From Planctomycetota bacterium (GTDB taxonomy: Bacteria; Planctomycetota; SZUA-567; H5-PLA8), in contig JBBRPR010000001.1 of the NCBI GenBank assembly GCA_038227875.1, positions 1-64,000 of the forward strand: a stretch of 64,000 bases of DNA, written 5' to 3'. A program made the translations under genes and the position numbers. Shown here one piece after another: positions 37,001 through 45,500 of the stretch. How positions within the stretch are numbered: the first letter of the stretch is position 1; the number at the start of each line of letters is the position of its first letter. The notes under the pieces were generated by a model. The model had not been told where the DNA came from, did no database searches, and saw only the letters and a program-made list of their open reading frames with translations.

Positions 37001-39033
37001 ATAAAGAAAACACCGATCCGGGTGTGCCGTGGGACCGGATGTTCGTGGTCGAGCAGTCGTTCTCGCAGGCTCCGAAGCTCGCAATATTCGATGTCGACCC
37101 TCAGGCGTTGACGCCGGAAGAACTGAAAGTCGCCAAAGCTGCCGACGAGATGAATCGCCGCGTGACGGAATACGTGCCGATAACCTCGAAGCTCGTCGCC
37201 CACCGACCCACGCAGAAGGCCGACGACAAAACTCCGCTGCCGCCCTCGAACTTGATCTCCGATGGTCCGCTGGTGGTGGAACTCACGTATCCAGCGCTGG
37301 CGCGGTCGCCGATCAGCGAAGCGACGATTTACGTTCAATCCGCCTCGGGCCGCGAGAAGGCAGGCAAGCCGATTGAGCCCGGCAGCTTCGACGAGACCGT
37401 TCCAGGCACGTTGAAACTCACCCGGCGCCCGGAGGCTATCCACTGGCGCATCGAGCCGCCCGCGGGCTACCAGGAAGTTTTTATCCGCGATCAGCGCAGC
37501 AACGACGAACTGCTCAGCGACGGCAAGTTCATCTTTCACATCCCGCTGGAACTGGCGGAAGTCCCGGCCGAATCGCTGGTGGGCTACGTTCAGCCCGACA
37601 ACATCAATGCCAAACCGCTGACGCTCTCGGTGCGCGGCAATGACTCCGTGTTCGTCGGCTTCAAATACACGGAGGCCGGAGCCACGAAGTGGTCCGTGCA
37701 GGAAGCGCACCTCAAGAGCGAGCCGCGCTTCCACGTGATGAACAACCGCTACCAGGAAGTGCTCAGCGGAGCCCACGTCGGCGACAACCTGTACCTTCGC
37801 GTCATTCACAAAACGATGGACACCTCCAACGCACGCAACTCCGTGACGGTGCAGTTCGAAACCAGGACCGGGAAGAAGCAGAGCGTGACCCTGGCCGAGA
37901 CGCTCAATCACAGCGGCGTGTTCAAAGGCACGATCAAGCTGGCGTACGTGGGCGATAAGGAAGGCGCGCAGGAGGCCGGTACGTTGCCGGTCGATTACGG
38001 CGACAGCATCACCGCGACGTACGTCGTTGAAGGCGCGAAGGAACCGCTGACCAGCGTGCTGGAAGTGTACAAAGGTTCCGACGGCAAAGTCATTCCGTTC
38101 ACGCGTCGCTTTAAGGACATGAGCCTGGCGGTGCAGACTCAGTTCACGATTGCCGAATCGTACTTTGAACTGGCCAAGCAGCACCGGGGACTCAACCAGC
38201 CGGAGCAGGCGCGGCTGGAAATGGCGGAAGGCAAGAAGTTGCTCGAAGAAGCGATTCGCGATTTCCCGCGCGACGATTCAAAAGTCGAAGCCGAATACCT
38301 GCTGGCGGAATTGTCGCTCGAAGTCGCCGACGACGCGGCCGACGAGGACGCGAAGAAAAAGAGTTACACCGAGGCGCAGATACGCTTCAGTGAAATTGTG
38401 TCCGCGTACCCCACCAGCACGCGCGCGCCGCTGGCGCAGTTCAAGAAGGCGCTGATTTACGAAAAGCTGGGGATGATGGACCAAGCCTGCGAAGAGTATG
38501 TGAAACTTTCCTGCCGTTACCCGCACGACGACCTGGTCTGCGACACCATTGCGCGCCTGGGTGAGTACTTCCGCAAGAAGGCTGAAGATTTCGAAAAGCA
38601 GTCGACTGCCGAGCAGGATGCGGTGAAGGCCGAGAAGCTCCACCGGCAGGCTAAGGACACGTACGTCACTGCCGGCGAAGTGTTTTCCCGTCTGAGCGTG
38701 CGCAACCCGGCGCATCGCCTGGCGCTGAAGACCATGCTGCTCTCCGGGCATTGCTACCGGTTGTCGGAACACTGGGACAAGGCGATCGCGCAGTACAAGC
38801 TGGTGATCGACAACACCAATAAGGACCGTGAGTTGATTCCGGCGGCGATGTATTACACCGGCACTTGCTACATGGCGAAGCGCGATGAAAAGTCGGACGA
38901 ATCCGCGTACCACGCTTTCCACAATCTGATCTACGAGTACGCCGGCACCGATTGGGTCAAGAAGGCCAAGGGCCTGATGTACGAAGAGCGAATGATAGAA
39001 GCGGAAAAGAGAGACCAGAAGAACAGTCACTAG
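31000..39033 (+). CDS. Giant (2677 aa) secreted TPR/alpha-solenoid protein with beta-sandwich repeats and discoidin/PA14-like modules
   Basis: TAATG coupling; signal peptide ending AHA-E; TPR arrays; ET..HSG.F.G motif three times; TPR C-terminus. Confidence 0.9.
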   Translation: MRKSLLSWGALGVLALGVAVPHAHAESAPPKTAPAPAAATAPDPLALLCEKIQKNPEAADENDVRSMLELAHTSAHPLSASLAVKQYLAKHTSPSAQLLYAAAENAELAGDYRVAVTRYKSYLASPENAERASTAASRMYVLLIDFLHSEKEAYEFMRSADEKLVRQTPFARRFDVWFLEQARASGDAPSAAKRLVSIFSEKMPLEKERMLYWDYLAWVENDVLRPNPDKFAAAPHLTALAPLIRENKTHALRCALSAALLTFYVQTQGKEKEAQKPFFGPVAKAAQEYFDNNPVAATFRDIVNCFTAGDGNIWNMQLETKQALVIGMIEKLSDADRAEVIAPYSGHSTPEQWTALIVKNPAPFKATPQIRALNLLVQAPTPELYKKLGEVLQGVPSYSAAIINTINAGNLDMDAASAYILKNETWHANNPNEIMSWLRNNVWGTINSFAQVAKKPFAGDYNDRFYSRVGAELVASTPVAYSDLGQTGEYLRVSWYYSGKDANDHSKFAEVIRSLDWVPYSAQQRQQVFTPALNEFRRWSEEVKKDAKRLAENKAVMDEIEKALTLAMSDHKGDPKKAPNALCKALSGLGLAIQAKDKEAYTVAARELYAQVKEYNAAHTPWGKYIYDTILENRLEQFDTWDFQCEVLADQLTRSDTPAAQERIVEWSHRVTHRPNWQWWNWNWWQATQVDADKARKLRGIVEKTILEQADKGTLWTELVTLYRSTRQGPGWNDADSGHTVLEKLITTKTFFKSHYREEPWVKSDTSSYPWLIQREFQKQDAKFPVGTYFDDMYVEEETAAKYMDFSYFNFGRDEKKRIRNMAAGFFKDFERLPFGYSDKAPQYTQDEFWRWHYQILEAEPALRDAFIAQEETYYGKSRYDDFAAGRGYFSHQWRIENPETRKKFFERLGQFVEHIKDSGDRGGFSPERTMAGQLPPMHALSQMGGKFSKEELDALTGLFPQCVPLHWYGGYSYEWLLTATIEGLLEKKRENELMPIAGHLWKISLDTGNTDYQRKMAQYTVKFSEEKHTELATVFAIAGLEVMGEKLPEDARASLQAIRSKGLGALGHEIPVAANDPRYPIFFAQSEFQNGKQPSAWETYQANPALVTSSYKELDIGFLLWLLARNTDAGQFDRADALAHALIPWVEGSPAAFEPDARGRLMLYYGDISYARKNFPRARKDYERVTASKEYEGTLAQREAELRIAEVDRAVKDYDAALQRLDRLAKRHDVYLETEANYQMALVKFDQADYEGAQRYLEEVFAHTPEHEKGRLLEADVNLKREQPDKATNIKGGMTQEQKLLIPGTPLRVNLKDTNLSVVGNSSRIEVRVWTDSGDSETINLLPTDTKTQFEGEITTTMGPVKKDDHQLQVLGGDKVHYDYSEKFKEEHKIARNEPVTLEVASNSQLIVSSGKILTKEEQQDLEAERQIRQSLKGDDAQTTLSTTRAEDQIKPGNKINVRVIDFDRNISAEKDTVMVRATASSGDVIEAFPLVETDTHSGIFEGEIPTAPGHPMATASDSGEGREPNNVISSVDRPAWIAQSDGRRPKIFTVNLNDNVKMQSLNILADVPDRKLKAFAVETSMNGTDYSAVGIWPDQLAPWDGALTCELMKCPEGPARLQDAVSYADGGYQRTGAPKVTLPMKTFGISLDNQLNGNADKIKLTWQESTAWYLLHMHGAFYLPKRELKTFTLDNKKKFNEMRYFFAVDGVAAPANNALEIKRELAKGVHRVDVYVWSHRHTGVTFDVQTTSSEDGTPAVCSAEMFDPVKQPAIKEACWVEPAQVKAGAENTSFDVSFAKGAHARFLRLVIADYEKDAPGLHKLKLVDTENQTVLPTKDDFMALRENKTLEILPGDKITVTYRDPVVVTKGQEVQERFMTATFYNAKLSACLVEYVPTARGDKLPKYIPLRRFIPGDPGDPNHTGVNNVFVFINDPDEDTTDAPDKIKFRAVAGKSTLELEATETEPHSGVFVGNIYPVTGAPKRPNEITVGPDDDITIHYMDKENTDPGVPWDRMFVVEQSFSQAPKLAIFDVDPQALTPEELKVAKAADEMNRRVTEYVPITSKLVAHRPTQKADDKTPLPPSNLISDGPLVVELTYPALARSPISEATIYVQSASGREKAGKPIEPGSFDETVPGTLKLTRRPEAIHWRIEPPAGYQEVFIRDQRSNDELLSDGKFIFHIPLELAEVPAESLVGYVQPDNINAKPLTLSVRGNDSVFVGFKYTEAGATKWSVQEAHLKSEPRFHVMNNRYQEVLSGAHVGDNLYLRVIHKTMDTSNARNSVTVQFETRTGKKQSVTLAETLNHSGVFKGTIKLAYVGDKEGAQEAGTLPVDYGDSITATYVVEGAKEPLTSVLEVYKGSDGKVIPFTRRFKDMSLAVQTQFTIAESYFELAKQHRGLNQPEQARLEMAEGKKLLEEAIRDFPRDDSKVEAEYLLAELSLEVADDAADEDAKKKSYTEAQIRFSEIVSAYPTSTRAPLAQFKKALIYEKLGMMDQACEEYVKLSCRYPHDDLVCDTIARLGEYFRKKAEDFEKQSTAEQDAVKAEKLHRQAKDTYVTAGEVFSRLSVRNPAHRLALKTMLLSGHCYRLSEHWDKAIAQYKLVIDNTNKDRELIPAAMYYTGTCYMAKRDEKSDESAYHAFHNLIYEYAGTDWVKKAKGLMYEERMIEAEKRDQKNSH

Positions 39034-39056
39034 AGCAGGGATTTGAGGAGGACGGC

Positions 39057-40034
39057 ATGGACACACTGTGGCCCATGGTTGTGGGTGCGGGAACTGTCGA
39101 GAAAATCATTCTCGTGCTGCTGGGCGTGCTCTCGGTGGTGCTGTGGAGCACGGTGATTCTGAAAGTTCCAGAGATCCTCGCCGCGAAGCGCAACGGCGCA
39201 CGCTTTCTCGAGAAATTCCGCGAAGCCAGCGACTTTGGCGAAGTGAAGGCGCTGGAATTTCAGGGCGACTGCATCCACCACGAAGTCTTCAAGTCGGCGC
39301 TCGCGGCGTTGAACGGCAAGCCGCCGTCGAAGCAGCCGGTCGGAACAAGCGACCCGGAGCGCTTCAGGATCGCGCCCGACAGTTCCACCGAAGAGATCGT
39401 GTTGCTGAGCATGCAGCACACCAGCGCGGCGTATCTGCTTCACCTTCAGCGCGGGATCAGCATGCTGGCGACGATCGGCAGCACGACGCCGTTCATCGGG
39501 TTGTTCGGCACGGTGATCGGCATCATGAGCACCTTCCACGCGCTCGGCGCGGTGAAATCGCCGAGCATGCAGGTCGTGGCGCCGGGCATCTCCGGCGCGC
39601 TGATCGCCACGGCGGCCGGACTGGCCGTCGCGATTCCTGCGGTGATCGTGTGCAACTGGTTCTCGTCGCAGATCGGAATGATTCAGGAAAGCGTCGACGC
39701 GTTCATTGAAAAGATGATGGCACTGGTCCGCGCCAACTGCGAAGCAAAGGCGGAAGCCGCGGAGGCAAAAGCTCCCGCGGTCCGCGAAACGCCGGCCGCG
39801 CCGAAGGTACTCAAGCCGCACAGTGATGTCGCCGCGCCGAAAGTGCGCACCGACGTTCCGGTGGCGGTTCCACGGCGCGTCACCGCGCCACGGCCCGACG
39901 CGGCACTGGCGGTGGAGAAGGACGTCAGCGACACGCCGAGCACCAAACGCCCGGGCGCAAAAATGTCAGACGATCTGTTGAGCGAAAAATCGCACGTGGA
40001 ATTGGCTGTCGGTAAAAGGATGCCCAAAACATGA
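39057..40034 (+). CDS. MotA/TolQ/ExbB proton channel family protein with long Pro/Ala/Lys-rich C-terminal tail
   Basis: LATIGSTTPFIGLFGTVIGIM and VAPGISGALIATAAGLAVAIPA; three TM segments. ATG 39057 follows GAGGAGG. Confidence 0.95.
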   Translation: MDTLWPMVVGAGTVEKIILVLLGVLSVVLWSTVILKVPEILAAKRNGARFLEKFREASDFGEVKALEFQGDCIHHEVFKSALAALNGKPPSKQPVGTSDPERFRIAPDSSTEEIVLLSMQHTSAAYLLHLQRGISMLATIGSTTPFIGLFGTVIGIMSTFHALGAVKSPSMQVVAPGISGALIATAAGLAVAIPAVIVCNWFSSQIGMIQESVDAFIEKMMALVRANCEAKAEAAEAKAPAVRETPAAPKVLKPHSDVAAPKVRTDVPVAVPRRVTAPRPDAALAVEKDVSDTPSTKRPGAKMSDDLLSEKSHVELAVGKRMPKT

Positions 40035-40462
40035 GCATGAGCGTCAGCGCAGGCCCGGCGAAAAAGGGCAAGAAGAAATTCCACGCACCCACGCCTGAAA
40101 TCAACGTGACGCCGCTGGTCGACGTCATGCTCGTGCTGCTGATCATCTTCATGATCACCGTTCAAGCAGCGAAGGATTCGATTCCTGTCGAACTTCCCGA
40201 TGCGGTGGGAACTCCGGAGGCGGGCGATAAGACGCCGCTGGAAGTCACGCTCGATGCGCGCGGCGATATTCATATCGGGAACCAGACGTTCGGCCTGGAA
40301 GTCGTCGAACAGGAATTGCCACGCCTGCTGAAAGGCCACGAAAAACAGGGCGTGACGCTCAGCGCCCACAAGAAGATGCCGTACGAATCAGTGGTAAAAG
40401 TGGTCTCGGCCATTCGCGAAGCTGGTGTGGAGACGGTCAACCTGGCGGTGGAAGGTCAGTGA
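40031..40462 (+). CDS. ExbD/TolR family protein
   Basis: EINVTPLVDVMLVLLIIFMIT with the conserved Asp; VELP; C-terminal LSAHKKMPYESVVKVVSAIREAG; ATGA overlap. Confidence 0.95.
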   Translation: MSMSVSAGPAKKGKKKFHAPTPEINVTPLVDVMLVLLIIFMITVQAAKDSIPVELPDAVGTPEAGDKTPLEVTLDARGDIHIGNQTFGLEVVEQELPRLLKGHEKQGVTLSAHKKMPYESVVKVVSAIREAGVETVNLAVEGQ

Positions 40463-40854
40463 AATCCAAGGAGCTGGACATGATCGATTCGGCAGATTCC
40501 AAAACGCGTCCGATTTCGCATGGGTATCCGCTGCCGCGTGTGCTGCTGGCGGTGGGCATCGCCGTGGTTGTTCACGGTGCCCTGGTCGGTGCGTCGGTGA
40601 TGAGCGCGTCGGGCAAAGCGCCAGAAACTCCGGCGGCGAACGTGAAGCCCGGCCCTGCAGACGCGAAATCCAAACCCGCTGCCGATTCCACGGGACCGGC
40701 CACAACCTCGGAAGAAAAGCCGCCCGCGACGGCCGATAAGCTCTCCGTGGATGGACCGGCAGACCCGAAACCTCCGGCGACGGAGAACGAACCCAAGAAG
40801 ACTCCCGAAAAATCCAACGATTCGCTGGATGAACTGAAACTGGACACGAAGTAA
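40459..40854 (+). CDS. Small single-TM protein with Pro/Lys/Ala-rich tail (TonB/TolA N-terminus-like)
   Basis: TM segment VLLAVGIAVVVHGALVGA contains a His; the tail is low complexity; GTGA overlap with the ExbD gene. Confidence 0.75.
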   Translation: MKSKELDMIDSADSKTRPISHGYPLPRVLLAVGIAVVVHGALVGASVMSASGKAPETPAANVKPGPADAKSKPAADSTGPATTSEEKPPATADKLSVDGPADPKPPATENEPKKTPEKSNDSLDELKLDTK

Positions 40855-40864
40855 GGGCGTCACT

Positions 40865-42499
40865 GTGATACGACGACTAATCTCACGAATTCCCTGGCCG
40901 GCCATTCTCGCGCTGCCGTTTGTTCTGACGGCGGCCGTGATGCTGGCGGGCGCATTTTTGGGCTCGGGAGCGCTCACGGAATTCATCGACGACAATCCCG
41001 GCGCGCCGGCCGCCTTCGCGAACTCGCTGTTGGAGCATCCCGCTCAAATCCGCCTGATTCTTCTGGCGCTTGGCGCAGTCCTGACCTTGCTGGGCGTCGC
41101 CGCGTTGATTCGAAAACCGGGCACGCTGAAGATCGTTCGCGGCGGATTCTTCGCACTCTACGCACTGATGCTGGTCTACACCTTCTTTGTAGTGCAGGTG
41201 ACGCTGCGTGTGCAGGGCGCGCACATCAAAGTCGATGGCGAAGATTTGCAGGGCGTAAACCTGGTCAGCTGGCTGGTGAGCTTCTACTGGTTCGTCTTTC
41301 CGCTGGCGATGATCGCGGGGATCACGCAGTTGTACTCGCTCCGCAGCGTAATCGACCAGGCCTACGGGCGCGACAGCGAAGAACTTCCGACGAAGGGCGA
41401 CCGCATCTTCGAAACAATCTGGTCCCGTCGCGTGCGCAGTTACGTGTACAGCGCCACTGTACATGGCTTGTTCTTGCTGTTGCCGTTTCTGCTTGCGCTG
41501 ATCAATCAAAAAGTGGAAGCGTACTCCGTGCCCTTCGGCAAAGGCCTGGCCGACGCGGGCGGTGGAGGGAAGAAAGCGCCACCGCCGAAACCTCCGGCCG
41601 CAAAGAAGCCGGCGGGACGCAAGACCGTGAAGGTCAGCACGCGCGATCCGAAAAAGCTGAAAGGCGTAATCTTCAGCCCCAGCGCCGGCCGCGAGAATTC
41701 GACGGAAATGAAAGACGCCGCGCTGGCCGCGGATATTTTGAAAGAGACCACGCAGCAGTACAGCGCCGCGTCGCGATTGGGCGAAGGCACGGGCGTCGGC
41801 CCCTGCACGAAGGCCGGTAAGATTGGCGCCGGCGGGGTGGGCGAGGGCGGGTACCCGTGGGGCAAGAAGGGCGCGATCATTCGTTTCATCCGGCTGCAAT
41901 ACGACGGCGAAGGCTGGGATGATGGCATGGACGACAGCCGCGCGGACCTGAATTTCCTCGACTTCTTCCACGAGGTCGTTGGCTTCAAAGTCTCAACGAA
42001 GACCGAAGCGATCGGCATGCATACGCTCAAGGCGTTCCGCAAGGGTGAGGCGCCGCCGTTCGTGTTCATGAAGGGCGAAAGCCACATCGGCACGGCTCCG
42101 CCTGGGGATATCGCGACGCTGCGCGCGTACCTTCTGTCGGGCGGAATGGTCTTCGCCGACGCCGGGTGTCTCTCGTGGGGGCAGGACTTCGAACGCTTCA
42201 TTGCGCGCGTGCTGCCGGACGTGCCGCTGATTGAAATTCCCGACGACGATCCGATTTTCAAAGTTCCATACACTTTCCCCAACGGCGCGCCGCAGATGTG
42301 GCATCACGCCGGCACGCGCGCGAAGGGCTGCAAATACCAGGGCCGCTGGTGCGTCTTCTACCATCCCGGCGATGTCAGCGACGCCTGGAAAAACGGCCAT
42401 GACGGGCTGACGCAGGACAAGGCCGACGTCGCCTTCCAGATCGGGTTGAACGTCGTGTTGTATTCGTTCAATCATTACTACGAATTGAACAAGCCGTGA
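40865..42499 (+). CDS. Polytopic membrane protein with TonB-like SxxxH helix, Pro/Lys linker and C-terminal DUF4159 domain
   Basis: About four N-terminal TM helices, then YSATVHGLFLLLPFLL, KKAPPPKPPAAKKPA, and DUF4159-like RLQYDGEGW, PPFVFMKG, LRAYLLSGGMVFAD, IPDDDPIF, GRWCVFYHPGDVSDAW, AFQIGLNVVLY. Confidence 0.85.
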   Translation: MIRRLISRIPWPAILALPFVLTAAVMLAGAFLGSGALTEFIDDNPGAPAAFANSLLEHPAQIRLILLALGAVLTLLGVAALIRKPGTLKIVRGGFFALYALMLVYTFFVVQVTLRVQGAHIKVDGEDLQGVNLVSWLVSFYWFVFPLAMIAGITQLYSLRSVIDQAYGRDSEELPTKGDRIFETIWSRRVRSYVYSATVHGLFLLLPFLLALINQKVEAYSVPFGKGLADAGGGGKKAPPPKPPAAKKPAGRKTVKVSTRDPKKLKGVIFSPSAGRENSTEMKDAALAADILKETTQQYSAASRLGEGTGVGPCTKAGKIGAGGVGEGGYPWGKKGAIIRFIRLQYDGEGWDDGMDDSRADLNFLDFFHEVVGFKVSTKTEAIGMHTLKAFRKGEAPPFVFMKGESHIGTAPPGDIATLRAYLLSGGMVFADAGCLSWGQDFERFIARVLPDVPLIEIPDDDPIFKVPYTFPNGAPQMWHHAGTRAKGCKYQGRWCVFYHPGDVSDAWKNGHDGLTQDKADVAFQIGLNVVLYSFNHYYELNKP

Positions 42500-42528
42500 T
42501 GAACGCCGCATTTCCCGAGGGCAGTGCC

Positions 42529-45500
42529 ATGCCACGAACGTGGGTGTTGACCGTCGCGTGTTTGATTCTGGGATTCGCACGCGCTGGACTTTCCGAGGAA
42601 CTGGAGCTCGATCCGCAGCCGACGAGCACAGCCGCCGCCGAAGAGATCAAGGGCGGGATGCTTTTCCGCTTCGTACCGTTGAACAAGCCGACGGAAAATC
42701 TGGAGGAGCATCTCTTCTGGCGCACGTTCGAGGGCGCGGTGGCGGCAGAGGCCGCTCCGATCAAGCTGCTGATCGACAATCAACCCGTGATCGCGCCGAA
42801 AGAGATTACGATCAAGGACCGCGGCCAGGCGCTGCAGTACCCGCTGGAAGGGCACAAGGATCTGTCCAACGGCAAGCACGTCATCGTGCCCGGCGACATT
42901 GCCATCGTGATGACCAGCGGAAAAATCACGTCGGCTCATCCCGCAATCAAGTCCGACGAAAATGAAGTGCGCGTGCTCTGCGCGCCGGTGCGGTTGGAGG
43001 CGCTCGACGCCAACGGCGTCGCGGTGCCGACCTCGATCAATCTGTCCTTCGGCAAGGAACGGCTGCTGCGCAGCGTGGAGAAGTTTTCCGTACTGACGGT
43101 CTGGCTGCCAATTGGCGTGAAGTACGCCTCGACGCTCGGTAGCTTTTCGGTGGGCGCCGACGGCAAGGTGTCCGCACTTCCAGCGGAACTGGCCAAAGAT
43201 GTAACCGTAACACCCGAAGGATTGCGCCTGCTGGTCAGCACGCCGCCTGCGGCTCCGCCCCGGACGCAGACCTTGTCGCGGGTCTTCGCGCATCCGCTGC
43301 CCGGCGGCAAGGGCACCCTGAATTGCTACTTCAATCCGGTGGTGAAGCCCGGTGAGGCCGCGCGCGTCACGTTCTCAAAGAAGCAATTTGAGAGCGGCAC
43401 GGGCTCCGCTTTTGTCGCGAACGAATTTACCTATGCATTTCCCAACGGCTCGGGCGGCGCGTGTGGGGTGGAGAAAGCCGTCGCGGATGCAGCGTTGATT
43501 GCCTCCGAGCTGCAGATGGAGGCGGCCGAGCTGGTACAGTTGAAAATTCCCAGCCCGGCATGGACTGCGACCGGCGTGATGCCGTTCAAGATCGAAAACA
43601 AAAAGCTGGGCACGATTTCCCAGACGCTGGTCTACGCGGATCCCGCCGCTTCGCTGTACGTCATACCGCATCGATTGCGCTCGGTCTTCACGGATGCGGA
43701 AAATGCCGGCTTCACCGTGCTGCTCAAGCCGAACTTTCCCGGCGGGTCGGCGAACGTCATCTGCAAGAGCGACGCCGCCGACGCCAAGCCGCTGACTCTC
43801 GGTACGTTGCAGCTTCCCGCGGTGGCCGGGAAGCAATTCGATTCGCGGTTGTTCGCGATCAAAACGAGCGCGTTGCCGGCGGGCAATTACCAGCTCTGGG
43901 TGGAAGCCGGCGGGGTGGCGAGCAGCCGCGTGCCGCTCTCGATTGTCTCGTGGTACTTCCGCAGCCCGTTTCTCGTGCATGAAATGCCCGGTTGCGCGGG
44001 TGCCTGGCCCACGGACGACGAGGGCTTGAAAGTGCTTCAGGATGCCGGCGTCGAAATGATTTCCAGCGGCGGCTTTGGCAGCATCTTTAAGGCGAGCGAC
44101 ATGCCGGGAGTCGATCAGGCACTGGCCGCAGCGCTGCGTGACGAACTGGGAATGCCCGTGGAGACGGCGCAGCAGCGCTGCCCGGCGGACTTCGCGCTCC
44201 AGGACATGCTCAAGCACCACATCCGCATCATCGACTTCTATCCGCGCGGGGAGAATTTTTATCTCGAAGGGTTGTCGTACCATCACAGTTTCAAACCCAG
44301 CGTCGATCGCATGATCCGCCGCCTGCAGATCTTTACGCAACAGACGATGGATTACCCCTCGCTGTGGGGCATGAATTATTCGTGGTTCCCGGCGCTCTTT
44401 GGTTATTCGGAAGGCGGACTGGACACGGACATCCACAAGCGCGATCGCAACGCGGCGCTGGCGGCGAACCTGAAGCAGGCGGGCCTCGAAAATCTGACCG
44501 CCGACGAACGGAATTTTTATCTCGCCAACGCGTTCTCCGATGACGAAGCAAAGCGCGCAAAGTCGCTTGAGCTGATGCAGAAAGCCACGCGCTACTGGAA
44601 GGCGCAGATGGATTTCGGTTTCGGCCGGCACAACAAATTGTACAACGACGCCGTGCGTGACGTTCAGCCGGGCGCGGCCTGCGTGCTGTTTGAAAACGCG
44701 GGACACGACGAACTCAAGCGCACCCGCTCGCTGTTCAACGACATGACGGCGATGACATACGAAAGCTACAGCGACTATCCTGAGTGGCCGATGTCGTCCT
44801 CGTTCACGACCGACTGGGGTCGCGGTAACTTTCCCGGCCGGCCGCTGTGGGTCACGATGGATCCGGGTAACAGTTCCGAAGGCCAGATGAAAAGCTTGTT
44901 CCACGCCTTTGGCCGTGGCGCGGCCGGTGCGGGCACGGTGATCGTCGAGCCGCTGAACCTGCAGGAGATCAAACGCCGCACAAAGGGCCACCAGTTTGTC
45001 GCGCAGTACGGAGCGATCGCAACTAGAGGCACGCCCGATCACCGCTTCGCCATTCTCTCCACCGCCGCGCAGCAGGTTTTCGTGGGCCGCACGCAGTATG
45101 CCTATCATGCCATGTACTACCATCTCACGCGGCTGGGCTGCGCGCCGGTCATCGTCGACGATGAAGACGTTGGCAACGCCGGCATTCCCGCCGGCACGCA
45201 GGTCCTGTTCCTCGTCCGGCAGCAGCAACCGCTGGAACCCAAGGTCTTGAGCGCAATCAAGGCATTCACAGACAAGGGTGGCAAGGTCATCGTCACCGGC
45301 GATACGAAAGTGAAGATCGACGGCTCAATCGTCGCGGGCAACACCGTGAAAAATATTTGGGACCTGGGCGGCTTCGTTTCGCACCCGCAATTGTGGGAGG
45401 AGTTCGAAAAGAATTGGGAGAAGCCCTTGACCGAAGCGCTGGCGAAGGCTGGCGTTCCTCCCGCGGCGAAAACCGATCCGCACCGCGGCGTTGTGGTTTC

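Noticed and set aside
39057..40462. Canonical tolQR or exbBD gene symbols
   Set aside because: Family membership is clear, but without tolA/tolB/pal or a TonB_C protein and receptor the specific orthology cannot be assigned.
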